Shown here one piece after another: positions 11,612-23,330 of a stretch of 64,000 bases of DNA (position 1 is the stretch's first letter; each line of letters begins with the position of its first letter). The translations under genes were made by a program, and so were the position numbers. Source of the stretch: Anthoceros angustus (Eukaryota; Plantae; Anthocerotophyta); contig MU008181.1 of NCBI GenBank assembly GCA_010909165.1, positions 620,001-684,000 on the forward strand, written 5' to 3'. Below the pieces are notes generated by a model, which saw nothing but the letters and a program-made list of their open reading frames with translations, searched no databases and was not told where the DNA came from.

Positions 11612-12934
11612 GCTAAGGGACCCGCAGGTGGCGTTTGGGAAGCTAGGGGACCCGCAGGTGGCGTTTGGGAAGCTAAGGGACCTGTAGGTGGCGTTTGGGA
11701 AGCTAGGGGACTCGTAGGTGGCGTTTGGGAAGCTAGGAACCCGGTCGCGTTTGGGCTAGGAGGCCGCATGTGGCGTTTAAACTACAGGACCCACGGTGGC
11801 GTTTGGGAAGCTACGGGACCCGGTGGCGTTTGGGAAGCTACGGGACCCAGGTGGCGTTTGGGAAGCTCACAGGACCCGGTGGCGTTTGGGAAGCTCACAG
11901 GACCCGGTGGCGTTTGGGAAGCTACGGGACCCTTGGTGGCGTTTTGGAAGCTACGGACCCGCGGTGGCGTTTGGGAAGCTAGGGGACCCGCAGGTGGCGT
12001 TTGGGAAGCTAAGGGACCTGTAGGTGGCGTTTGGGAAGCTAGGGAACCCGCAGGTCGCGTTTGGGCAGCTAGGAGAGCCGCATGTGGCGATTAAGAAGCT
12101 ACGGGACCCGTAGGTGGCATTTGGGAAGCTACGGGACCCACAGGTGGCGTTTGGGAAGCTACGGGACCCGCAGGTGGCGTTTGGGAAGCTACGGGACCCG
12201 CAGGTGGCGTTTGGGAAGCTACAGGACCCAGCGGTGGCGTTGAAGCTACGGGACCCGGTGGCGTTTGGGAAGCTACGGGACCCTTGGTGGCGTTTGGGAA
12301 GCTACGGGACCCGCGGTGGCGTTTGGGAAGCTAGGGGACCCGCAGGTGGCGTTTGGGAAGCTAGGAGACTCACAGGTGGCATTTGGGAAGCTAGCGGACC
12401 TGCAGGTCGCATTTAGGAAGCTAGGAGAGCTGCATGTGGCGTTTGGGAAGCTAGGGGACCCGCAGGTGGCGTTTGGGAAGCTACGGGACCCGCAGGTCAC
12501 GTTTAAGAAGCTAGGGGACCCGCCGGTCGCATTTGGGAAGCTACGGGACCCGCATGTAGCGTTTGGGAAGCTAGGGGACCCGCAGGTGGCGTTTGGGAAG
12601 CTAAGGAACCCGCAGGTGGCATTTGGGAAGCTAGGAGAGCTGCATGTGGCGTTTGGGAAGCTAGGGGACCCGCAGGTGGCGTTTTGGGAAGCTACGGGAA
12701 CTGCAGGTCACGTTTAGGAAGCTAGGGGACCCGCTGGTCGCATTTGGGAAGCTACGGGACTCGCATGTAGCATTTGGGAAGCTAGGGGACCCGCAGGTGG
12801 CGTTTGGGAAGCTACGGGACCCGTAGGTGGCGTTTAGGAAGCTAGGGGACCCGCCGGTCGCATTTGGGAACCTACGGGACCCGCATGTAGCGTTTGGGAA
12901 GCTAGGGGACTCGAAGATGGCGTTTGGGAAGCTA
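11612..12934. repeat. 30-bp satellite array 2 (~45 units)
   Basis: Same unit as array 1; abuts Copia RT sequence at 12935. Confidence 0.97.
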
Positions 12935-13752
12935 TCGTGGACTTGATTTTCGTGCTACCTCTTCTCATGTGAAGGCCTATCTTTTGACCTTGAATCCCAT
13001 AAAACCGCAGTCTTATGAGGAAGCTCTCAACAGGCCTGATCACAAAGAATGGGAAAAGGCAATCCAATCAGAATATGATTCTCTAATTGAGAATGGAACT
13101 TGGGAACTTGCAAAGTTGCCCAAAGGCATAAAATTGGTATCATGTAAATGGGTGTTTAAGCTAAAGGTTAAGGCTGATGGATCATTTGACAGATATAAGG
13201 CCAGACTAGTTCCTAGGGGATTCACACAAGTTCCAGGTTTAGATTACCTTGAAACCTTTGCTCCTGTCGTCAAGCTTGCTACTCTGCGTACTATGTGTGC
13301 AATTGCAGCTGACAAGGACTACGAGCTTAGAATGTTTGATGTGAAGACTGCCTTCTTGCATGGAATTCTTGATACTGAAATTTACATGCAACAGCCGCCT
13401 GGTTATGAGGTCAAAGGCAAAGACGACTATGCTTGCAAACTAATTAAGTGTCTATATGGACTTAAGCAGTCAGCCATGAAATGGAACGCTACACTGGACA
13501 AGGAACTGCAAGCCCTAGGTTTTACAAAGAGCAAAGCCGACAGCAGCCTGTACATATACATCAAAGGTGATGTGATCTGTTACTTAGCTGTCTATGTTGA
13601 TGACCTTATACTGGCCAGCAACAGCCTGGATTTCATCTCTTTGATCACGAACCTGCTAGCATAGAAGTTCCAGATGTCAGATCTTGGTCCACTTCAAAGC
13701 TGTCTTGGTATTCACATTCAGCGAAATCGTGAGAAGAGAGTGCTTACCTTAA
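12935..13752 (+). pseudogene. Copia reverse transcriptase, N-terminal part
   Basis: EYDSLIENGTWEL..KWVFKLK..YKARLVPRG..DYLETFAPV..DVKTAFLHG..LYGLKQS..YVDDLIL; premature TAG at 13662-13664. Confidence 0.95.
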
Positions 13753-14379
13753 ACACCATATATCTTCAAGAGGGGGAATATACAAACCCTCTTCAGTTGC
13801 TGGTGGACCCTCTTGACAAACATCGCACCTTTCGGGAAACTATGATTTTTTCACGTTGGTGACGTATGTCCACCCTTGTCCGATAGATCCCATTTTCGAA
13901 ACAACGGTTTCACGCGGATCCATGTGTGCGTGTGGTAAACTATCGCCGGCTGGCCGGCGATAGTTGGACCCTCGTGAAAGCAATGCTCCAAACTAGAGGA
14001 AAGAAAATTAAAATTCCGCCACTTCAAGAAGGTTTTACACCAAACTATGGGAGTGGCCAACCTTCAATTGTATACCTCTATCCAGGCCACAAAACTTATC
14101 GTTTAATCTGGTGGACCACATACGGGCGTCTACTGGATCATTAGGAGGGCTCATCTGCGACTCGTCGCACATCATCCGCAGTCTAAGACAACAGTGGTTT
14201 CTAATGCGCTCATCTTCCGTCTTCAAATTCGTCGTTTTCTTCCAAGGCCTTCTCGTCTTCGTTCACATCACCCTTGGGGTCGTCAAGCGGAGGCGGTGCC
14301 ATACATCATCCAACGTTTGCTGCCCATCTTCCAAAAGTTCACTGTTGTAAATGCACGCAAATCACTCAAAGAAACAACT

Positions 14380-15200
14380 TGTGCCTTGGACTATCTTTTG
14401 ATACATACCTCCTTTGCCCGTGTGATGGTCCTCGGCGATGCGGTTGAAATGTAAGCTCTTCCTGCATCCGGAAGCACCTCATAACCATGTATTCGGAGGA
14501 ATGTACCTGCACATCTCAAATCTGCCTCAAGCGCAATGCGATTCGTCCACTCAGATGCGGCAAGTGTGGTGGTCCATCGAACATGCATCAAGAACCCGGT
14601 CCCTTCCTTTGAGAAGGTCCTTATCGATTTCATAAGAAGACCCGGTGGGCGTTGATAAGGGCATACCACAAGTTTGTCATTGGGCGGTACACTGTTTCTT
14701 CACCACGATGGCGTGTCCTATGAGCCTCCCATTGTTGAACGTCCGTGCATAGCATTGACATAGGAGCTCTATCCTTTGTGCTTGTGTCTTTCGGACACCA
14801 TCCCCGATGATACTCCACAGTCTCAAACCCGCCTCTGTCATTATGCATGTTGGTCTTATCCCATATGAAGGATACCAATCCGCCTTTCCATCCATGTCGC
14901 ATGGATTCCACGTGTGGGCTTCTTGACCCCATGCATCACTATAATGCGGAATTCTTCACTTGTTGTCTTTTCCAAAGCTCAAACATCATGTCACCCGCTA
15001 TCCATAGGGCCAATGTCAAACCCTCGTGGAGCGTCCATTACCGAGCGTGTACCCCTCGTCCTCGAAACCCCGCATGTCAAGAATATTTCTTGCCTCCACA
15101 GTATTGAACACTGTTTGTCAACGGAAGGCACGGTAAAATGTTAAGACCTTCTTCCGGTCCTTATCAAAGCCCTTTGCTCGTTTTCAAGTCCTTTCCAGTT
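14380..15200 (-). pseudogene. Beta-class N4-cytosine/N6-adenine DNA methyltransferase-like domain inside the transposon (frameshifted)
   Basis: Beta-order motifs: VMDAPRG (motif IV-like, 15035-15021), FIWDKTN..VEY (14869-14849), CPYQRPPGLLMKSIRTFSKEG (from 14663), DRVLDAC (14601-14581), TTTLAA..NRIALEAD. Matches the N6_N4_Mtase pattern HPTQKP..LL..LI...S..GD.VLDPF.GSGTT..AA...GR..IG.E.D. Needs 2-4 small indel corrections. Confidence 0.75.
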
Positions 15201-15309
15201 GTTGACTTCAAATATGAAATGGCGGAAGTCATCCGGCTCGCCAAAACCTCAACGTCCTTTAGTTGCTGCAAATTAAAACAAAACCACATCGTCGGTGCTG
15301 GTATGCGAA

Positions 15310-15610
15310 AGGCGCCCTCCATCACCGGGCTTCACAGGTGGGCGCCGGCGCCCTCCATCGGCGGGCTTCACAGTGGAGGCGCGGCCGCGCCATCCACGGC
15401 GAGCTTCACGGGTGGGCGCCCGGCCCGCCGCGCCCTCCATCACCGGGCTTCACATGTGGGCGCGGCCGCCGGCACCCTCCATCACCGGGCTTCACAGGTG
15501 GAGGCGCCCGGCCCGCCGCCCTCCATCGGCCGGGCTTCACATGTGGGCGCGGCCCGCCGCGCCCTCCACATGCGGCTCCGGTGGGCGCGGCCGCGGCGCC
15601 CTCCACGCCC
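15310..15610. repeat. GC-rich ~36-45 bp tandem repeat (~8 units) inside the transposon
   Basis: GCCCTCCATCACCGGGCTTCACA(G/T)GTGGGCGC repeated; minus strand gives Pro/Ala/Gly-rich (P/H)VKP(G/A)..EG peptides. Confidence 0.85.
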
Positions 15611-15619
15611 TCCACACCC

Positions 15620-18600
15620 AACTCCCAGAACTATTGAATAGAAAGTGTTTCTCACCTTTCCGGCAAATCTTTTTGAAAACTGCCACACTATCTTGCATGA
15701 TGGGGATACTCTTTCCGCACCTCCTCGAGCGATGAGCACCCAAGGTGTTTCGCCATCGCCACTTGGATGATGTGAAATTTCTTGGGAGGTGATATCATCA
15801 TCCATGCCCTTTAGGTCAATAAGCCGCAAGAACCTTCTCCGTTCTTGATATTAGTATCATTGCCGCATTCACGATGGTATTCCTTGAAACGATTTCCAAG
15901 GCTTTGCAAGCATATCCTTGACTTCACATATGCGACATCGATTTTCTTTGACTCTTGATGACCTTCCGCTTCCTTTGCCTTTCTTGCTCGTGCCCCGACA
16001 TGTTTCTTTTGCTCAAGCTCCCGGCTTCCCACTTTGTAAAAATCTTATCCACATTCTCCCATACTCGCCTCACCTGCAATACACAAAATATGAGTCCTGT
16101 TGTCCACTTTGTTGCTTATATACTCTTCGCCCCTCATCGTCGTCAATCAACCCTAGCGGTTTATGCAGTTAAACTTCCATGCCATGGTCATCTCAGACCC
16201 GTTTCGCGATAATCGTCCCTCAAATATCGACTTGCTCAATGAAATTCATTTTCTTCCTCCGTCGGACAACACATTGTGATCTGTTGCAGAATTCGCATTT
16301 CACCTTCCCACAATACATGGGCCTCCACGTCTTGGCGAGTCTTCCGGGACATATATCGCGGTGCTTCACGCATAGGTGTGGTTGCCTCCAAGAACCCCAT
16401 GACGTATTTTTTGCCACGAACTTGTCCCAATCAAGTTTGCTCGGTCTTCACTCTGGGGTCAATCATACATAATAGAGGCAATCGCCTTCCTCAATCCACG
16501 CCCTTGAAATCACGCGTGCCAAGTAATTTGTCCATGCTTCGTCAACCCTCCGTGTCGAGCATCGGTGTGAGGTGTGATCTGGCGAAGGTTCTCCAACTTC
16601 ACCAAATGTCTCCAAAACAACCTTTTTGAATAGGCCGATTCCCTAATGCGCGTTAGGGGTCTTCATCCGAATAGCATCGCTAACCGCTCCTTGTCCGTTG
16701 ATACATGGACGGAAGGTATGTCCTCCAACTCCTGCGCCTTTTGCATACTATTGGTTTTTTCTCCTGGTCCACTAGCCAGCTCCAAGCTCTCGAATGACTC
16801 CTCTACTTTGATGCATGGCCCTCACCTTCCTTTTCCTTTCTTGCTCTTATTCCACTCACATCCATGGAGGGAAGGAGAGGCGGCCGGCGGCGCCCCTCTT
16901 CAGGATCACCATGATCTGCTGTTGCCCAGGCAGTGCTTCCGGGAATGCCGGGCGCCGGCCGGCCTCTGAGCGCACAAACCAATCCGGATCGGGGTCACCA
17001 AAGTTGCCTCTTCCCCTGCAGGCGGGTGGCCCCTTCCCTCCCTCGGCTCATACCTAACAGGGCAGCCCTAAGGTCTCCACGGCGGATCTCGAACCTGCTG
17101 CGCATCCGATTGATCATCATCAGCGAGAATATCGGAATAGGGCCATCGTCTTCATCTTCGGTCCAAGCTCGCTTCCTTCTTCACAATCATCCAGATGAGA
17201 TGTTCCTCCTCAACCAGCCTTGTAGTGCGCCTTAGGGACATGACTCTTACATGCTGAACAACCGATTGTGTGATTTACGCATAGGGCCTGATGTATGCAT
17301 TTCCAATTTGAGGCCCTGATTGACACAACATTTGTGGTTAGAGACCAAGCGACCGAAAAAACATACGAGGTCTCACTACCCCAAAATGCCTTGAACAATT
17401 ACGTTTGTTCTCGTCTACATTCGCGAAAGATCACGACCTGGGGCTCGCATTTCTTGATGATCAGGTTGTTGAACTTGAGATCAAATGCCCTGTATAGCTC
17501 GGGCCCTTGTGGCACTTCATCAAACTCCACGTGGCTTTGTTATACTGAGGCTTGCGCGATGGGTCTCCTTGACACATATCCGGTTCGCCCACACAACCCA
17601 ACCCTCGCTCGGCGATTAGGCAAGGCATCCTTGTATCCCATGATCCACAACTTGAAGAGTGGTGTCCGAAAATACCTTCATCCTGGCTCCGATTCTTGAA
17701 CCAACATCCAGTCCTTATCCAAAAGAGGTGTGGAATCCATCGGGCTCCAAGCCTTCGTATGTAGACAGTCTCCTCAAAGGCATGAGGGGATGGAATAGGC
17801 CCTGCATGCTTTGTCTCCCTTGTCACCAGTAGGAAGACCTTTGGTTGTGCTAGCCTTACCGGAAGTAAGGCTCCGGTTCGCGATTCGCAGCTCCTACCAA
17901 TTGCGACCCAATCAAGGGACTTCCGCCATCTTGGTCCCGACCCTCCGCGCCTTGAGGTGCATCCATGGCGCCCTTGAGGTGCATCCATGGCGCCCTTGGC
18001 GGATGCCTTCCCTTCCGCGCTTTTGATCTCCTCACCTTACTGAAGTCGGTGGATCGATTCTATCGCCTGGTCCTTCTTGCTCCTGCGACCCATTGCCATC
18101 TGGAAGGCCACCCAAACCAATGAGACCGCAATTCTTGCTCGAGAGGTGGAAGATGGAAGAGCAAAACCCGTAATCGACCTTGGATTAGAGGATGTTGGCA
18201 AGGAGGGCGTGGCGGCGCGATGGCGTGCAATTGCTCCGGCTTCGCGGTGCGGCAGATAGTCTGGCTGCGGATGCGGCGGAAACGCTCCGACCTTCACTGG
18301 CTCGTGGGGCGAATGGGCGCACTCTTGTGAAGTGTTCCCTTCGAGAGGTGTCTCGATGCACACCTCGACTTACAAACACGATTTGCTCCAGTAAAAGAGA
18401 TAATCCTGTTTCTTCCCTAGGCAATAATAACCCCATCGACATTAGGGTTGAAAGGATGCTCAAACATCATGTCCAGCGTATCCACATGAAGGTACCAGCA
18501 AAACCTAACCACTCGGAAAACTCGTATGTATGGATGGAGCGGGTAGAACTATTTTTCATTCGCAAGTTCCACCAAACCAAAGTAGGAGTACCCACAAGTA

Positions 18601-18800
18601 TCACCATCATGGTAATCAAAATCCCCATTGCGCCACAATCATTCCATGTGGGATGCCGAGCATAAATGCAATGTAGTTAAAGCTGCCGCCATTCCTTGTC
18701 CCTAATAAGCATATCTAAGCGATACGCTATTAACGTCCATTTGTCCCGAATGATTGACCCAAGTTTGCCTTAACCTTGCACTCGGCCGCAAGGGTTTCGA
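15620..18800 (-). pseudogene. Uncharacterised transposon accessory ORF(s) upstream of the methyltransferase domain
   Basis: Protein-like fragments across frameshifts (WTNYLARVISRAWIE; VAKNTSWGSW..PHLC.KHRDICPGRL; MLAKPWKSFQGIPS; FYPLHPYIRVFRVVRFCWYLHVDTLDMMFEHPFNP); no family recognised. Confidence 0.45.
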
Positions 18801-19369
18801 GTTCGGCCCGACACTTGAGGTCGTCTGCTGACCACCCTTCACAAACATGTTGAATGCTACTCATCCTTTGGATGGAGATGAGGTATTGTTGTTCTCAATT
18901 TGCGAGTTTTGGGCTTCTTTGAATGACGGACTCTATTCCATCCGTCGGGTGCATCGCCTCCGGTGTTGTCTTGCGAAGCGGTGTGCAATTAGACAGACGC
19001 AAGGAGGGCGTTGCACAAAGGAGGAGGATACTAAGCGTGCCTCAAATACGTCTCGGCATGTGGTGTGTGGACCTCACCTTCCCAAAAGGACAACGCATTC
19101 CAAGGTATAACGGAGAGAATCGAACCGGTGCATTCCTACTTGCTTGAATTCCGTTCCTCACATACCAATCTTGTGGCTTGCATTTGCAGCTCGTTCGATG
19201 GTGGCCACAATGGGCGCCGTTCATCTTCACCATCATTAGGGGGTGTGCCTCGGACAGAAACCTCAATTTGTATGCCGCCTTAGATAGGAGCCCGTCGCTC
19301 GCATGAGAATGCACAAAGTAGTGGACACTGCTGCCCAGTGGGAGGGCCTCAAGCATTGAGGCGACTTAT

Positions 19370-22295
19370 TTCCTACTATGGATGAGTGGGAAAGGTATCC
19401 TCCGGAAGCGGTCGGTGACTTCGAGGAGGATGGCGTCTTTCAAACACCAGGTGGACATGCCCAATCATACCATCCCAAGCCATTGGTAAGCTTGATAGCA
19501 ACAAAGGCTCTTGTTTCAAAAAAAACTGGTGTGCGATGAAATGCGGCGGCTGCGTCTCTTGATTTCCAAGCCTGTTGCAACCAAATGTGTGTTAAATTGA
19601 CTATAGAAAGGTTGCGGGAGCGAGATACGGTTTCTACGAATGGGCGAGGCAGGAGGCGAGACATTTCGAATCTCTTGTTCACGTCGATCGCGATGGCGGC
19701 AATGATAAAGTTGTGACTCATCTATGGGGTCGGTCGAATGCGATCTTGCCTCGAGCCTTCGCAGGTATATTGCATTGGCCATAGTAGGTATGAGGAGGCT
19801 GAAGAAGGGTTATTGCACATGCACCGTGGATGGCTTTAGAGCAAACCCTAAACAGTCTACATATGCGAGTGCAATCAGCGTGGATGGACAGCGCATTCTG
19901 TTCATGGCGGAAAGGCTCCCCAATGTTGATGTGTTCAATCTTCCGACACATTTACAAAGTTCAAATTTGGGCAAAATATAAGCGGCAATGTGAGGGTTCC
20001 ATCAGCGGTTTGTCACCTATGCTTGGTTTTGAAACTTTGGAGGAGAACTTTAGCGGTGAAGATTCCAAAGTCCAACAGTTCTCCACGTGCTCGCTTCGCA
20101 GGATTAAAAGCGACAATTAGAAACACATCGCTAAAGTCGACCAAGGTATTCTCCGAATCCTTTCGGTGAGTACATTATGTGTCCTTCTATGTCCTTTGTT
20201 ACGGCTGCACACTCTCCATGTCAGGTGGTTAGTACATCGTGTTCTCTGTAATTTGAGTGTGGCATGTTGAAAGGGACGTGCTCATTGAAGTAGGCTACCA
20301 TGTCGAGTTCGACCAATGAGTGGGCGGCTGGCCGCCACTCCTCTTTAGCACCTCTCGGGGTTTACGCGCTTGTGCATTCTATGGAAGAGGCGTCCCGGTG
20401 TAGGGAAGAGGAGGAAGTGTCTTGGCCAACCTAGGAAGCTTTGGGTGGGAAGGTAAAGGTGTGTCGGGAAGGTTAGGGTAGTAAGAAGGAACGTTTTCCA
20501 TGCTCCTCATGGCATTGCACTCCATAGTAAGAGGTATGGCCGGCAATGAACATCTGGCTTCCGTCGAGGCCTCCGGATAGAGGCGGCCGGCAGCGCCCTC
20601 ATCTCCCACCAAGATGCATTCTAATGGTAGGCGGTTTGCGGTGTTAGTGGATAGCCAGCGGAGTGGTATGAGGATGACGCGCGGCCGCGCTTTCCTAAAA
20701 GTCCACTTTTGATTCCCTTGTATCGCTCTACGGTTTTGGTGGCGACAAGCATTCGGCCTAAGGGTTGACGCACGATTCTCATGTTGCGGATACGGGTGCC
20801 ATACCGGATCTTGGGTGTTCCATGATCCGCAATGATCCTATATGCGCAATGCTGTGAATGTCTAGCTGTAACACCAATTGTTTGCGAGAAAAATATCAGC
20901 AGCCTTAGATGCCCATCGAGATCGGCTGCACCGGCGAAGATGACAAAGCATCGCGCAAAACTACGTGGAGCCCCACAAATATATGTTATTGGCCATCGAT
21001 GGAATGGACCGGAAGAAACCGCATTTCTTGCGGTGGTAGAATTTGGATGAAGAATGTCGTATTTCGATTGCGTTGTGGGGTGCATGATTCACAATTACAC
21101 TCACAAAGCAAGGGCATATTTGCATTATGCCAACCTCCAATGACGCCTAATTTGACTATAAACATCATTCAAGATGTTATCCACAATTATGATGGGGTCT
21201 GCCTAAAGTGTTGTACTTGGACAACACTTGGGAGAACAAGAACCAACTACTCTTTGCGTATCTCAACATGTTGGTAGACATGGGAACATTTGAGAAAGTG
21301 AAGGTGGGCTTCCGCTAGTTGGGCACACCCATGATCAAATTGATCGGATGTTTTCATGCTTCTCTAAAAGCTTGAAACACAAGGAAGCGCACACTCGCAT
21401 TGGCAACTATTATCGAGGCGTACACTCCAAGGCCGGAGGTGAAGATCTTCAAGTTCCCGACTTAGTATGTATGGCCAATAAGACGGGGATGGGCGGCGGG
21501 CGTATTCGGTGAGTAAATTGAATAATCTATCGTTCCAGCATCAATTCAAGATCACACGCGAGGAGAAACCGGAGCGGTCGGTGTATGTCGAGTAAGCGAT
21601 CTCAACATCGCTGTTGTGGGAAACAGAAGGAGGCTTGGAGTTTTTGAAGTTTGTGCCACGGAGGTCATAAGCTGCTCCTTTAGCCTTGGCTAGAGATAAA
21701 AAGCGCGGCCGCTTGTCTCACGCAGAGGCGTTGCTTACTTGAAGCGAGGTTATAGCTCCGGCCTTACGTTACGCGGAAGAGTACACATGGTGGGAGGAGT
21801 TGGGTTGACCAGAAGAAATTGTAATTGTGGACAACCATATCGGGTTGGTTCCGCGACCATGGAAGTGGTTTTCGAGAGTGGAGGTGGCAGAGTGCCCTTA
21901 TGCATGCCCGTCGGCTTTCTTGGGCAGCTCTGTTGCGCGAACTTCCACAACGCGATATGTATTTGGGGGCATATAGAAATTTGGGCAAGCAACAAGAAGA
22001 TATGACACGTTTGAATGGCGATATTGCGGAGATCAATAAAAGAATGTTCATAGCAGTTCCGTGTTCCACAGACACTCACAACAGGCCATTTTGGATTGGA
22101 AAGGTCATAGAACTGAAGTTGGAGTCGCCCAAACCTCACTTCCTCGTTCATTGGTATATGACCGAGCATACGGATGCATATGAGGGAAGATATGTTGAGG
22201 AATATATAATTAGGAAGCGGTACGAACATGGCTTCAAGGTAGGGAAGAAAGGAAGCAAATCCTTGTATACCAAAAATATTCAACGGTCTTTGTGA
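19370..22295 (+). pseudogene. Sola/DUF7869-type DDD transposase (frameshifted, probable intron from ~20166)
   Basis: LKLWRR...VKIPKSN (~20030), YMLLAIDGMD (~20985), LPKVLYL-DNTWENKNQLLFAYLNMLVDMGTFEKVKVGF-LVGHTHDQIDRMFS (21200-21360), C-terminal FIAV..PFWIGKV..VHWY. Confidence 0.88.
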
Positions 22296-23330
22296 CGAAC
22301 GGTAATCCTTTATTATGGATTCGTCTTGAATGCTCGAAAACATTTATATGTTGTTGACAAGAAAGCGATAAAGGATAAGTTGAATGAATTGCGTGGTTTA
22401 TTCAGATCCAAAGTACCCACGAGGATAGTGATGACCATGGTGCGAGACGGTCCGGCGGCGATGATGAGTGACCTCCGGAGATGAGTAAACGTGCTTCCAT
22501 GGAGAAGGAATTGGGAGAGGAGGCAATGGTTCCCGCATGCTGAGATAAATATAGGGTTCTAGCTTCACCCGGTCTAAATTCCACTGTACTCCTTGTCCAG
22601 AGCCTTTGTTAGGGTAAGCCAGCGCGTGAATCATGTTTGGCTTTTGGTCCATTACCACCTCAATGCAATACAATACCGTGTATCCGTATATGTGGTTTGC
22701 AACACACAATAAATTAAGTATGTGTTTGGGCCGGTTATGCTGTGCCCCAAGATTATAGTGGCGTGTTGTCCATAGCTGGACAAATTTGTCGAGGATGATA
22801 GATAGGAGCGTTGTTGCAGTCATCCCAACCATCTTCGATCCGTAGGTGGTGTTTGTTCTTCAATTTGTAATGGAGGAACCGAATCGGTAGTGACCTCCAT
22901 AGACAAGGCAGGCGCGGCCGACGCGCCTGCTCCACAGGCCGCCAAGCATACGGTCTTTGACCCTGGCATGACCTCTACCCTTTGCCAAACCCTTGACATC
23001 AAAAGCAATTTGCGAAGACTATGGGTTTTGCATGCCAACGTACTTTCTTCCGTGTGGACCCAAATCTAGGTTCAGCATCCTTTCCCGGCATTAACGGCCC
23101 GGTGGGTCTTAATTTGCCTTCATCATATGGGTAAAGGATTTGAGCACCCTTCACGGCGTGTACCCATATTGTAAAGGGGACAACGTGTATGGGACACCTG
23201 TTTTGTGGTTCTTTCACCAAAACATGCTATTAAATCGTTTGAGACCCATGTGTAACCCCCTTTGGCGCATATTTTCAAGAAAACCCCCATCATGTAAATT
23301 CCCCCTCTTGAAGGTTTATGGTGTTCTTAA

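Larger units (their letters stand above)
13753..23326 (+). mobile_element. Sola-like DDD DNA transposon, 9574 bp, TTAA TSD
   Basis: TTAA at 13749-13752 and 23327-23330. Left end ACACCATATATCTTCAAGAGGGGGAATATACA matches the reverse complement of the right end (GA)ACACCATAAACCTTCAAGAGGGGGAATTTACA. Removing the element restores the Copia RT frame. Internal transposase is DUF7869/Sola-type. Confidence 0.88.

Noticed and set aside
12114-12717. Plus-strand (VAFGKLGDPQ)n ORFs as genes
   Set aside because: By-product of a 30-bp unit; no start or flank continuity in this frame.
8231-12934. 30-bp repeats as a CRISPR array
   Set aside because: Head-to-tail units with no unique spacers, no cas genes, eukaryotic context.
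22600-22950. TET/JBP dioxygenase as a second cargo of the transposon
   Set aside because: No HxD or distal H/R motifs could be aligned; only a vague YGGHY resemblance.
13749-23330. piggyBac or Kolobok classification from the TTAA TSD
   Set aside because: Transposase motifs (IDGMD, DNxxENKN, GHTHDQID) are Sola/DUF7869-type; TSD alone is not diagnostic.
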